A stretch of 64,000 nucleotides of DNA, taken from positions 3,162,001 through 3,226,000 of the forward strand of contig JAYWIR010000005.1 of assembly GCA_036172245.1 (NCBI GenBank), written 5' to 3'. The notes below the pieces were generated by a model that had not been told where the DNA came from, ran no database searches, and saw nothing but the letters and a program-made list of their open reading frames with translations. This DNA is from Raillietiella orientalis (taxonomy: Eukaryota). Positions 47,330 through 59,427 of this stretch are shown here, piece by piece; within the stretch, counting starts at the first letter, position 1, and every line of letters begins with the position of its first letter. Position numbers and translations under genes: made by a program.

Positions 47330-49830
47330 TTCACAGCGGATCATAATCTCTTGTTGAGAGAGTTCCACGGAAAGGAGCCGTCGTCGTTTTTGGTTCTTGG
47401 TTTCTCGTGTTTCTTCTCTCTACTGGATACGTTGATAGCTATTTCGGGCTGATCTTTCATCTTGAGCTGTTGGTTCGAACAGACATATTCCGAGCAATCT
47501 GTGTGTGGAAGCCACAATTCGGTTGAAGGATCTGGAAAATGTTGTTTTCCTTGCGCGAATAGCGGATGTCATGTATGTGCCCCTTCATTCTTTTTGCAAC
47601 GGCGTGAAAACAGCATTGCCTGTGTGCAGAAGATGAAATGAGAAACCTTTAATGTTGTGACTTTTTCATGCTTTTGCCCGGGAGGTGGGAATCGAAAAAA
47701 AGAAGGGAGCAGTGGTAAGTTCGGATGAATAGTCTTTTCAGATTCCTGTGTCCCCCATAGGGATTCTGTGGCTCTGATACGTTTTCGTTGTTCGAAACGT
47801 GCATAATGGGGTATGCCAAATGATTTCTGTGCAGAAGAAGCTGAAATAAAATTTCACAAGCATTGAGTAGTAAGACGCTGGTTTCGAAATTACGTCGTGT
47901 CGAACTCAAGACAAATGTGGGACATTCCATGGAATTTTTTAGAAGTGGCATACAGTCTTCAAATGGTTCAGCAATGTTGCAAAAACGGCTCCTAGTTAAA
48001 AAGTCTTAAATCAAAGTAGGAATTCCTGATTTTTAACTTTGTGCCCGAGTACATGAAGAATCTAAAGTTTTTAAAGACATGAATGCGGTATTGGGGAAAA
48101 AAGAGGAAAAAAAAGTACAGTGATTATAGTAAATTACTTTTAGGCCAGTGAGCTCATATTTCAAGAACGAGTTTTCAAAATATTGACACGGAAACGAAAT
48201 GATTTTTCATGCAACGGAAGTACTTTAATATGACCGTTAATATGCTGAAAGTTGGACTTGTGACCGATGAGACTTTGTTTTTCATTTAAGTGGTGATTCG
48301 CTCGAATCTTGCGTGAGATCAAGCAAGGAAACTTGGCGCTCTTGCAACTGACACTCTCTCTTCATGGTAAGAAACTTAATTCCATTCGATATGACGTTCC
48401 ATTTCAATTTAACCCGGTCCCCTTGGGCATTGACGAATACCTAGCATCGGGGAAACACCGATGCGAACCCATAAAGGTAAACACGTAAGAATCTGAAAAC
48501 CAAAACAACACACAATCCAAAGTTTTTTTAAAAAAAAAAAAAACACTGGAAAAAGAAAAATCAGGTGATGCGTTCTTGTTGATCATACAGGAAGATCCAC
48601 AACGAATTCTTTCGCCACGGAGTAATTTTGTCTGTTCCCGAATTAGTGGATCAGAGTTAGAGAGTTCAAATGTAGAGGTTCAAATTGCGAACACATGGAT
48701 AAAGAGCAAACACTCTAAACGTAAAGGTGTAAGGCACTGTGTGTGTCCTTGGGGAAACACCTCAGGCGCTCGGTGAAGAACTGTGAAGGAAACCATAGGG
48801 ATCGTAGAGAGCGGCTTTCGGTGCGGAGTTGCGAATTTCACTGAACCTCGCCTGGCAGCATGGAAAGGTCCATGGAGTACGTGAAGTATTTTAGGTCTCG
48901 CGAAAATTGGTGTCGAGATTTCATCTCTTCTTATTCTCTCGATCTTTGCAATTGTGTTCTCGACACAGAATGTTCTTTGGTATTGTTCTGGAGTAACAGA
49001 AAAGTGGCGTGGTTATAACAAGCTTGGTGTGATCGTAACAACTCTTTCTCATAAGACAAACAGAAGAATTAGAGTAATCGTTCCAAGGGAATATTCTGTT
49101 CGAACGAAACGAAATTCCGAACCGTAAATCAAACATGCAGCATGGTGCTTGAAATCCTAGGAAAATTGCTTGTTGTACTTTAGCAAATGTAAGAAGTAAT
49201 CAGATTAAGGGTTCGATTCGGTTGGACCAGGGCTGTCATATAGGAAACAATGAGTGCATGAAAGATTGAAAGATGGTCCTCAAAGGGGTGTGTGCTAATG
49301 TAGCAAACCATGAAGGCATTCTGAGATTAATTTCATTGAAATTTCATTTGCACCTGCCTTGAATGATGGGGCTGTGCTTTTAAGACGTCTAATCATTAAA
49401 GAATTGAAAAGCAGAAATACTCTCTCATACAGTTTCAGTACCCGGCTGAGCATAAAAATCATATTGGCAAAAAAAAAACCGAGTGCCATGTTGAGAAAGA
49501 TATGATACCTAAATTTTTTACCAACACCATCTTTCGTGTTCCCGTGACGTTTTTGGTGTTTAAGCAAGTAGAGTTAGACAAACGGAATTTCGGTATTTCT
49601 AATTAAGCGGAACGATACGTGGTTCCCTCTGGTCCACAGTGTAGCGTGTGTTCAAAAGTCTGCTGAAATGCATTGCATGTATGCGTGATTTCTGATGCAC
49701 GTCTGCAGCACAAAGTGTTCCACTCGAGATTGATTCCCAAGTCACAGAACTGATTTACCTCCGAATTTCAGCTTTTGTTAATTTCTCCGTTCCAGTTCTT
49801 GGTTGAGGTTGTTCGAAATCACGTGTTTGT
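47330..49830 (-). mobile_element. Decayed Penelope-like retroelement (RT plus GIY-YIG endonuclease)
   Basis: Collinear minus-strand motifs: LTKAE/GGKSVL (cf. KADKGG; ~49760), LHGLLH and PLRTIFQS (cf. YGLPKIH..PLRPIVS; ~49290), IKFLTMKRE...VSLLDLT (cf. IKFTxE...LPFLD; ~48350), LLKN (~47940), KRMKGHIHDIRY (GIY-YIG; ~47580). Confidence 0.6.
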
Positions 49831-50050
49831 CCACAGCCATAGCACTGTCTCAGTGCCTTTTCATTATTATTTTGGATGAAATCAACATCCAGTACCCAAA
49901 TTTGTTGTGAGAAGTCTACAGTTGCGTGTTTATTCCACTGGCGACAACCGCTCGCTTCATCAGTTTCTCGAATTATTTGTGCCCACGGCCATACTCAAAA
50001 TGAAAACTTTTGTATGACATGACAGAAAGAGATGGTTTGTCTGAACAGTA

Positions 50051-50144
50051 GTTCATAAATGTAGATCTATGTTCATAAATGCCATAAATGATCATAAATG
50101 TTCATAAATGCCAAGACCATTTGGGTTCATAAATGTAGATCTAT
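50051..50144. repeat. Scrambled local repeat with 6 CATAAATG copies
   Basis: GTTCATAAATGTAGATCTAT occurs at 50051 and 50125, with four shorter CATAAATG copies between. Confidence 0.85.
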
Positions 50145-52183
50145 CAGATGTTATTAAAAGCAAATTCGAACACCGGAAAAATAGCTCCTAAAATCAGAAA
50201 TATATACATTTGTGAGCAAAAGGACACGCACTAGGAAGATCAACTTGTATGTTTTACAAAGGAGTTTAGAAGTCTGATTATAATCATGGTAAAGAAATCG
50301 TAGAAAGATAATCCGAGAAACATATTTAGTAATTTTTTTTTTTCTAATGGAAAGATAGATAATGAAGTGATAAATATCAGATTCTGTAGAGAATTCGCGG
50401 CGTCGATCGTGCTACTATTTTCTAAAGCATTGACTGAGGTATGAAGACAAAAAATGGGATAGTGTTTCAAACTTCGGGGAAAAAATGGAAATTGTATCAA
50501 ATTTTGAAGATTTTGATTTAATGATGGTATGTTGTTTCTCTTTCAGATGGGCCAAGTCAGCGAAGAGAAGTGAGGCAGGAATTCAGCAAGAGAACCCCCC
50601 AATAAATGCTATACTATTGGTAACCTGTTTGCAGCAGTTTGAATAACAAATGATATAAAGTTTTCCATTTTCATTTTCACTTGATTTGAAGATTTTCATG
50701 AACATCTACTGAAATTTATTCAACATTAACAGAGAAATCGATGTTTGTGTCCCAGGTTAATTAATTTTTTTCCCCATTATGCAGAGGTTTTTAGAGGGTT
50801 TACAAAATTTTAATAGCCTTCTAAATCATTGGAAGCAATAGAAGAACGTTGGTTTCTTTATTGCTTCCAAAAAGTAAGCACATCCAAAATGCTCGGTTGA
50901 GATTTTAAAAAAAAAAAAAAAAAGTCCAATCTTTCATCTAATAGATATCAAATGGACTGGAGTAATAAACCAAATAAAGTAGTCTTCGGAATTTAAAAAC
51001 AAAAACAAAAAAAAAAATGTATCATCGTGCATTCATTTAATCAGAAATGCTGGAGCTTTTGAGGATAAACAGATTCCCTTCAGTGGCCACAGCATTTAGA
51101 ATGTTGCCGTTTATAAAATGATACCTCCAAAGAAGCACATGTTTGGCGACACAAACACGAATTTAAGATTATCAAACCTGCTATCGTAAGCAATGCTCTT
51201 ATATTGTGTAAATATATCAGGTACATACCTGATGTCTGTCTTTCAAGAGATTCTGCAGAGCCTACTTTAGCAGAATGGCAAATGTTGGTGTTTTTTGCCC
51301 TTTTGCAGTTACGCGCTTTTTCATGATGCTCATATTTTTCGTTTTCAACCTTACACTTTGAAATTCTTACAGTCTTAGTTCACCCATTCACAACTTTGTG
51401 TGGAGTGTATCACTTCATTAAACTCGAAAACAAGTTTTTAGCAAAATTAAATTAAGTGCATACATTTGTTCATTTCTTTATTGTTTCCGTGGAAAGTTAT
51501 CTCGAACACACTGGTTTCTTTCTCAGCAAGAAAATTCTAATGTAATTCTCAGAAGGCCTTGTTAACATCAATCTTACAAAGCAGAGACCTCAAACATAGT
51601 GAGCGTGTTTTCTTGTGGAAATCATGCTGCAGCCCCTTGAAAGAATCTGCTGAAATCTATATCTAGAAGTCTCTGCATAGTCCAAAAATTATGAAACCTA
51701 TGAATGAAATATGTTTTTCGTGCAAAATCAAATAAGATGTACATTGAAAAAATCAAGGAAACCTGAAAGACAGAATAGCACTCTAAGTATCATGGCATTC
51801 TTTTAGACAGAATCATTGTTTGGCACTATTGTAACGCTTTGCAGCTTAGATTTTTGTGATTGTATAGTCATACTGGCATCGAATACCTTAATTGGTTATC
51901 GAATGTTAATTATCCTGACCAAACACAATAACTTGGAAATTCTTTTAAAGATCCCTGCATCCTAGGAATGTTTTCGAAATTGATTATTTTTCTATGATGA
52001 CTTTCTAATTTGCTTTCTGGAAATGACTTAGACCCATTTATAAATACAGGACTTGAACACTTAGTTGATATATATGAATTTGGGTATTCGATCTCCGATT
52101 GCAATTGGTACCCTGTCCCGATCGTGTTAAATATGTTTCATGATATTTGCGTTCAATGGTTAAAAGAGTGAATTGGCTATTAA

Positions 52184-54388
52184 ATGTTGAGCATGAGTTC
52201 AGACTATGATGCTGTAAAGTGCCAAACCTTGTTATTTTTCTTGGAGCACTTAATGATTAAAGGCAATGTGCGTTCGCTACATGACTTGAGCTGCCAGTTT
52301 GGTACCAAGGGATTTACGAAAGAAATGCGCAGAATAGCAGGCAATTCACAGTCGGGGTTAAAAAAACTTTTGTCGCAATATCCTTCCATTTTTACCATAA
52401 AGGGTGAATTAGTGAAAGTCACTGATTACTCAGAGAACTCTAGAATTCCATGGTCATATGAAAAAAGAGATTACCTAACAGAAGCAGCGTCCTATTTCAA
52501 AGAAAAACTTTTAATGTATGGTACAGGAACAGAAGTCCCAGTTGAATGTTTGTTAGGCCACAGATCTCAAGCGCCTGCAGAAATAAGACACGTATCTGGG
52601 CAACATGTTCAAGCCTTTAAAGAATTCTTGCTTAAGTTTCCAGAAATGTTCAAGATACAAAATGATAAAGTACTACTTGAGCAAGGTGACCAAATGACAA
52701 GACCCTCTTCTGTTTCATTTGAAGACTCCATGAATCCAGAAGTTATTGAAAAACTTGTAATGCATGTTTTCAAGGAAGTTCAGCTAAATGGCCCAATGTG
52801 TGTGAATGATTTGTTTAAAATCCTACGAAACAATGAAAATTCATTTTTTTTGCAAAATCAAAATGATTTGGCAGTTTTACTGAAAATGTACAGTGATAGA
52901 TTTTTGATAAAGGGTGGCACTGTGACTGCCATAAAATCATACAGTGTGCAACAAAAAAGATTGATGCAAAGGATGACTGGAGTTAAAGAAAAACTAAACA
53001 CTGTTCTGCTACAAGCAGTGGCTAGTAATCATCGGCAATCTGTATCCGGTGAAAATGCGTTGCTAGCAAATTTTCACTTAATAGTGTCTCCTCACGAGTG
53101 CCAAGTGTTGGTTGAGAAGCTGTTGCATTCAGAAACTCCAGTTGTGGGTTTGGAAATGCTCAATTGTGTTACTGAGGCTAACAATGTGGCAGCATTTCTG
53201 CTTCTTATCACTTGGGAGGGGATCATCTACGGGTTTGATTTCCTGTTAGCAAGTCATCTACTGGTAGAAGGCAAGCTGGGAACTTTGTTGGAATCTGAGC
53301 ATCTAGTCAAAGTATGAACTTTGGCCATCCTGGTTGAGATAACTGATCAGCTAACCTGGCATGATAGCTGACTTCCCTTTTTGCACTACTCACCTGGGTG
53401 TGGCCTTGCTTGGAAAGGTTTGGGATTCTCTGCACTTAATTCCTTTATGTCATTTCATGTTGTAACGTCTGCCAATTTCACCCTTAGGTAATGCATGACT
53501 GTAGGAGCCCCAGCCACATATTCCAGCAACAGTTTCACATTCAAATGCAAAATGTAGTAGACACACAGGTCAGTCAGCATGTAAGTCAGCATGGTTTGAT
53601 CTGCAGTTGCTGTGTAGGTGCTGCATGCAGTTGTACTACAGCAACATAATGGTAGACAAATACATCGTGTGAAGGCAATTGGTTTTCTTTCTCTTTGTGC
53701 TGCACATGGAATTAAAGCACCAGCAGGACAGGACATAGTGCAAGCAGCACTTAGACATAACCCCTATCTTTGGGCTCATCGCCCATTGCCTGGAATGGTG
53801 CTGGAACATGTGCTACAGCGTCTTAGCACTTTAGTGCCTACAGTATACATAACACTGAAAAGTCAACTTGAAGATAGCTCATTACCACTAGTTCAAGAAT
53901 TGTGCCAAGACCAATTAGATCATTTTATAGATGCTACTAAAGTCAAAAAACGTCAGCAACAAAGACGTTTGGACATTGAAACTAGATTATTATGTCAGAA
54001 ACTAGAAGCAGCCCCAGATGATCAACCTTTAGTCCTTAGCAATCGTGAAGTGCGGCTAGTGCGTCACATTCCTTTAGGACCCCAAGAACTAAATAAATTG
54101 AAACTATCAGCCCGAGTGTGGATGAAAATAGAAAGATTCTTGAATTCAAGGTAATCAGACAAATCATGTTACAGAACAAATTAACTTGCTCTGAACCATA
54201 GTTTTACAGGGAACAATCCTCAAGATAGTGAACCTGAAGAGAACCAAGACAGCTCACTTGAAAGTAGTACTACCACACATGAGATGTCTTCTGTTGGTAC
54301 ATCACCTACTCAACAAGATGCTGCAACACAAACAATCTCTACTGGAGACATTGTTATGCTTCAAACGCATCTTGCAGATGACCAGTAA
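52184..54388 (+). CDS. egl: Egalitarian (RNA-dynein adaptor with 3'-5' exonuclease-like domain)
   Basis: Exons 52184-53311, 53488-53568, 53618-54150, 54202-54388 (642 aa). TLLFFLEHL, LHDLSCQFGTKGFTKEMR, LLGHRSQA..EIRHVSGQH, KVMHDCR, VLSNREVRL, C-terminal DAATQTISTGD. Start could alternatively be ATG 52193. Confidence 0.93.
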
Positions 54389-54393
54389 ATAAA
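54388..54393 (+). terminator. AATAAA overlapping the egl stop codon
   Basis: CAG TAA ATAAA, with a GT-rich stretch (tctttgtgt) ~30 nt downstream. Confidence 0.55.
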
Positions 54394-54417
54394 CACATGC
54401 TCAAATATTATACTACT

Positions 54418-55070
54418 TTATAGCTCTTTGTGTACATATTGTGGCTTTAACTCTTCGATTCTTCGAATGAAATCTGCTTTCTCCAAACACCCATCGCATG
54501 TCTCTTCCCAATCAGCTAAAATACGGCGCAAATCACGCACCTTAAGTTTCTTTAGGTCCACAGTATTCAAGTCGATTTGTTTGTCTTCTAGGAATTAGAA
54601 CAATTTCAAAAACACATTTTTGCTTACCATAACGTAAGTCACAAATCTGAGAATCCATTTTTTTTAAACGCTCACATATTTTGTTTGCAGGCATGCCCCA
54701 AGATAAAGGCTTGGAAAGTTCTCCGAGAATGCCAGTGGCAGATTCCTCAAGTCCACCGAGATAATAACACTACAATGCACTAAACAATTTGCATTCTGAT
54801 TCACAAAACTTACAAATCGATTATCTTTCGATTTTGCATTTTTACAAAACCTTCGAAATTCTTCTTCGATTAACTTGGGTTTCGTTAGATCGCTATTCTG
54901 CATCAGAGTTTGTAGTCTTTCTACCACGCTTATGCACACTATGAGATTTTTTTTAATGCATTTTCAATAGCAACCTAAAGCTTACCTTCACACTCATTAC
55001 TACTACATCGGAAGGCTTGCATCATAAAGCATATTATGACTATGTTAATTGCTCTAATGAAGGACTGCAT
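54418..55070 (-). CDS. MANF: Mesencephalic astrocyte-derived neurotrophic factor (ARMET) homolog
   Basis: Exons 55070-54986, 54938-54814, 54769-54628, 54587 (or 54584)-54418. Hydrophobic signal peptide, [55 protein letters not shown]-terminal ER-retention HKEL. Confidence 0.96.
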
Positions 55071-58000
55071 TTTTCAACACACAAAATTTCTGGAATGCAT
55101 AAGACACATTTTAATTTCCTGGCTCCATCCAGATGAACTGAAGCATTCAGGCAGCAACTCCAGTTGCTTGAATTATGGAGATTATGAACAGTCAAACCAA
55201 ACAAGAGTGTGAAGGGTACAAGATCTACGCTCACCGAATAAATATATAATGACTTCCAAATATTCACTCAACTATACAATAAATACACCTATAATGTAAA
55301 TTCTTCTTCAATCTGCTGATGCAACAGGAAGGTACCTATCACTATAACGTCTCATTACAGGATATTTCTTTGTCGTATTCATTAAACACATTCGGTCACC
55401 GACAACCCACACTCTTTACACGGCCACAGTAACTTGGCTTACTGCTATTGGCTATTCAACGTGTGATATAGGAATACTCTCATCAAGATACCCAGAATCC
55501 GATTGTAAACAGAATCTATGACAACTAAGTTCATTTTTCAATTTAATGAACTGTGTGAATCAACATGTAAATGCATTGTGCATATCTGTATAGTATGAAG
55601 GTATACTTTTACGTCTGCATATAAAAGCATGTTTCATCTGTATAGAATTTTTCGAAGAAATAATGTGAATATCACCTGTGTACTTATAGAACCCGTATAC
55701 ATTTATGTAATGCTTAACATGAATTCTGAAGTCCAACTTCCATAAACTGAATGTGCTTATACAGTTTTTACATGATACAAAAGTAGACAGAAATATTTAA
55801 AATATTTCTAGCTAGTAATGCCTTGGAATTAAAATAAAATGAATAGCAAATCGCAGCAAACGAGAGTGTCAATAAAAAGTTGCCGTTGCACAAATTCTTG
55901 AAAAGCAGTAATTAAAATTTGATTTATAAAGCTCTAATAAAGAAAAATATATTCTGTGACAGAAGCTTATATTGGAAAAAATGAAGACTGGAATGTTAAA
56001 AATGTACATGCCACATGTAACTGTCAAATTTTAATTGGAAATTGCAATATGAAATATGTATCATTCTTGTTTTCATATGCTCAATTACGTTCAAAGCAAA
56101 AAAATAATTTGTTAAAAAAAATCAAAGTTGTTCATTTGTCACTCTATAAGTACATTAATTGAGATTAGAAGATTCATTCTCACTAGTATTAATTTCTCTT
56201 ATGCAGTAGCTTTGAGTCAAGCATTGCTGGGTACCTTTATAATGGCTATGAACTTCATCGCATGATTTTGGAGTTGTAGGAACGTTAACTCTTCATCAAA
56301 TCTCCATTACATTATATCACATTCTTCGCCATGTGCTGGAAATATCATGGACAATTCTAGATTGAATCCGGAACTATGAGGATTGGATACTACGATAATT
56401 ATCGAATAGTCTTTTTTTTGTTTAAAATATTTTTTGGCTTGACGGAAATAAAACTGATCCTGGTAATTTGTGGACTTTATTCATACCATGGAATGCCTAA
56501 AGTCATTAGTTTAGATTTATCATTTGACCGTTTTCTTGATATTACAGTGCAAGCAGCATAGTATGGATGCAAGGCGAAACTATTTTTGCCCCCTATTTTT
56601 CACCTAACTAGACTTTGATGTTATAATCGCTCCTTGATTTTCTCTTGAATCAATACTACGAGCATGACAAAAATTGCTTTAGATGATTTTCACGTTGTTG
56701 CTTAATTCATTTCAGTGCATACAAAATAGAAAACAAATTGCAAAATGCTCTCTAAGTAGAATATCTGAACCGAAATTAATTAAAATAAAGAAAGCCTACA
56801 TAACAAAAAATCATGTTAAAGGGATTGCTTTCTCAGATATATCAGATTACAGAGAAGTGAAAATCAGTATTGTTTGCTACATATCTTCTAGGCATCGAAT
56901 ACAAAGAGCGAAGGCAATATGTGGAAGAAAAAAGTTTCTGAATATGTATTAAACTAATAGAAATAGCAACACATTTTAAGTGCTTACATAGCGTATAGGC
57001 CTATACACAAGTCGGTGCTCTATTCATTCAATACTTTAGTGTGCTTCATTACCACGGAAAGGATTTCTCAGGCCTATTTTGTTCGGTATTAAACAAAATA
57101 TTACCTGAATATTCGGTTGAAAAGTCTAAAATGTCCTGTTCGTTTGAGCAAAGTCAACATCTCACTTAGTTTTAAAGATCACTCTGGTGTCTATTCAATT
57201 TAATATCTATTGATTTTATTCGATCAGGAGGCTGTTGTGCTCTAGTTTTTTTTTCATACTGGTGATTGTCACAATGACTTGTTTTTGTTTTCTGTCTGGC
57301 ATTTTCGGTTCGGAGAACTATTTTTGATTTGGGGAAGTATTGTTACTATTTTTTTTAATGACTGTGTTCTGCATAGCACTGAATTCGTTCTTACGAATTG
57401 TTTTGAACATTCTTAACTTTCGATTCTTTTCATTTGATTTCATATTAAGAGTTCTTTCATCTGAACTCAGTTATCGCCACACCTGCAATTCCTTGTTTTG
57501 TTTTTTTTGGTATAGGAGCCGATTTTTGATCTAAGCATACTAGGCGAAACATCTTTTCAAAGCATTTTGTGTTTTTCTTTTTAGTATTCTTTCAATCTCC
57601 AGATGATGACTCTACATTCAACTAAATTCTTTCTCTGTGGAAACTGGAAGGATGCTGACCCGGATCCATCCAGTATGTTCTTTTATTTCAGGGTTATTTC
57701 TTTCTTTCACGTTCTTCTCATTATTTCAGGTAACTGACACATCCTTAAGGAAATATAGATGCAGCTGTAGAGGGTCAGAGTCAGAGGTCGGCTTTTGAAT
57801 ATATTAATTGTTTATACATGATATTTAGCATGCATAACTGATATTGAGATTAAATCTGGTATCCTTGTTTCCCTCGAAATAGGGCTATAGAGCGGAAATC
57901 ACCGATATTCAAGCTGTCAAATTTATTTTCTTTTGCTGTTTAAACTTGTTTTGAAATGAATTTCGTTTTTTTAATCCCTATTTGATCTGGTAGCAACAAA

Positions 58001-59427
58001 GGATGGAAGGTCTTTTTCGACCTGTTTACGTTTCTTTTATTCGTGCCTGCAGGTTTCCAACAAAGTGCTCCTGCGTTATTGCCCTCGGTGTTGTATCTGT
58101 CCTATAATTTTGGCATAAACAATTGTGCTGTGATCTATATCCCAGGTTCTACGGGCCCCATTCTGATTTCCGGGGGTCTTCATGTGCAAACCTTCCAGTG
58201 CAAAAAAAAAAAAAAAAATGTTCGCTTAGCTCTCACGGGGTCATACCCCCATATGGTAAAGATTGTAAGTTAAGAAAGTTGAATTTACAAACTTTACCTG
58301 TATGCGCACCTGTACCCTATCAGGTGAATGAGATTAGATTCTGGAGGTATTTTTGTTGATTTCTAATTAGTGTGTGCACACATGCATTTCGGAGTGTAAA
58401 TTTACTTCTCTGATTCATCCTCAAGTAGCAACCAGTTACAATATGCTCTTAAAGTGAGGATTGTTGCTTTCTAATCATTTGTGTATATAACGCCCAACTT
58501 GTGTGGTAACAAATTGGTTCATTGTAGAGGTTTTACTGTTTTTTTTCGTGCAGGACGCCATGTAGGGGTTTGAGAGTGGCCATGTCACTAAAAAGTTCAT
58601 GTTTTCATATGCATATGCTTCTTTACACCACATTAGAAAAACATGGTTATCCTGTACATAAAACATTATACTTCATTCTTTATCTTGACCTTTGCTTTCA
58701 AAGATATAAGAAATTTCCATTTTATGATTACTGCATTTAGCATCATATGCAGGATAACTGAAACTTTGTGCTACATAAACAAAAGTATCAGTATTGGATG
58801 GTAAATGCAAGCATCTCAATTCCAGTGTTTAAAATCAGGATGCTTATTTTATTAACTTGATTTTCTTCATTTGACATTTCAAGCCTTATTAATTTTGTAC
58901 AAAGAACTCCAATGTCTTTGTTTCTATGCAAATTAACAGAAATGCTTTAAAAAGATTTTACAAGTCAGTTCCTTACTCACGGATTTGAAGTGAAAGGACA
59001 GCAAAGGTAAATAGATAAAAGAACTGTAACTCAAAGCAAACTGAACATTGAGTACACCCACATGTAAACAAATATGTAAAAAAATAGAATCCAGATTATA
59101 AGACTGCTTTACATTTTTTCATAAAATCCTTCCCGATCGTGAAGCATATATAGCATTGTACCCCTTTTTTCAAAAATACAATAGAAATTTTGCAATTTCT
59201 TGAAAATGACTTGAAAGTAAGTTTCAATTTATCTGACAATATTTGAACTCAATTTAGTCAGATCACAATGGAGCATCAGGAATTGCCATTTAACGTACAT
59301 TCCTTACAAAATTTCTATTTCAAGTGTTGTCATAAAACCAGGGCTGTTTTGTTTGTAGACTTTTCAAAGTTTGCAAGCATGAAGCATTATATTCATGAAA
59401 TGACAGCAAAGAGGGAGAAGTGCTAAT

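Noticed and set aside
57100..58200. Strand-asymmetric region that might be a gene or Gypsy integrase tail
   Set aside because: Frequent stops and only vague similarity; no supportable call.
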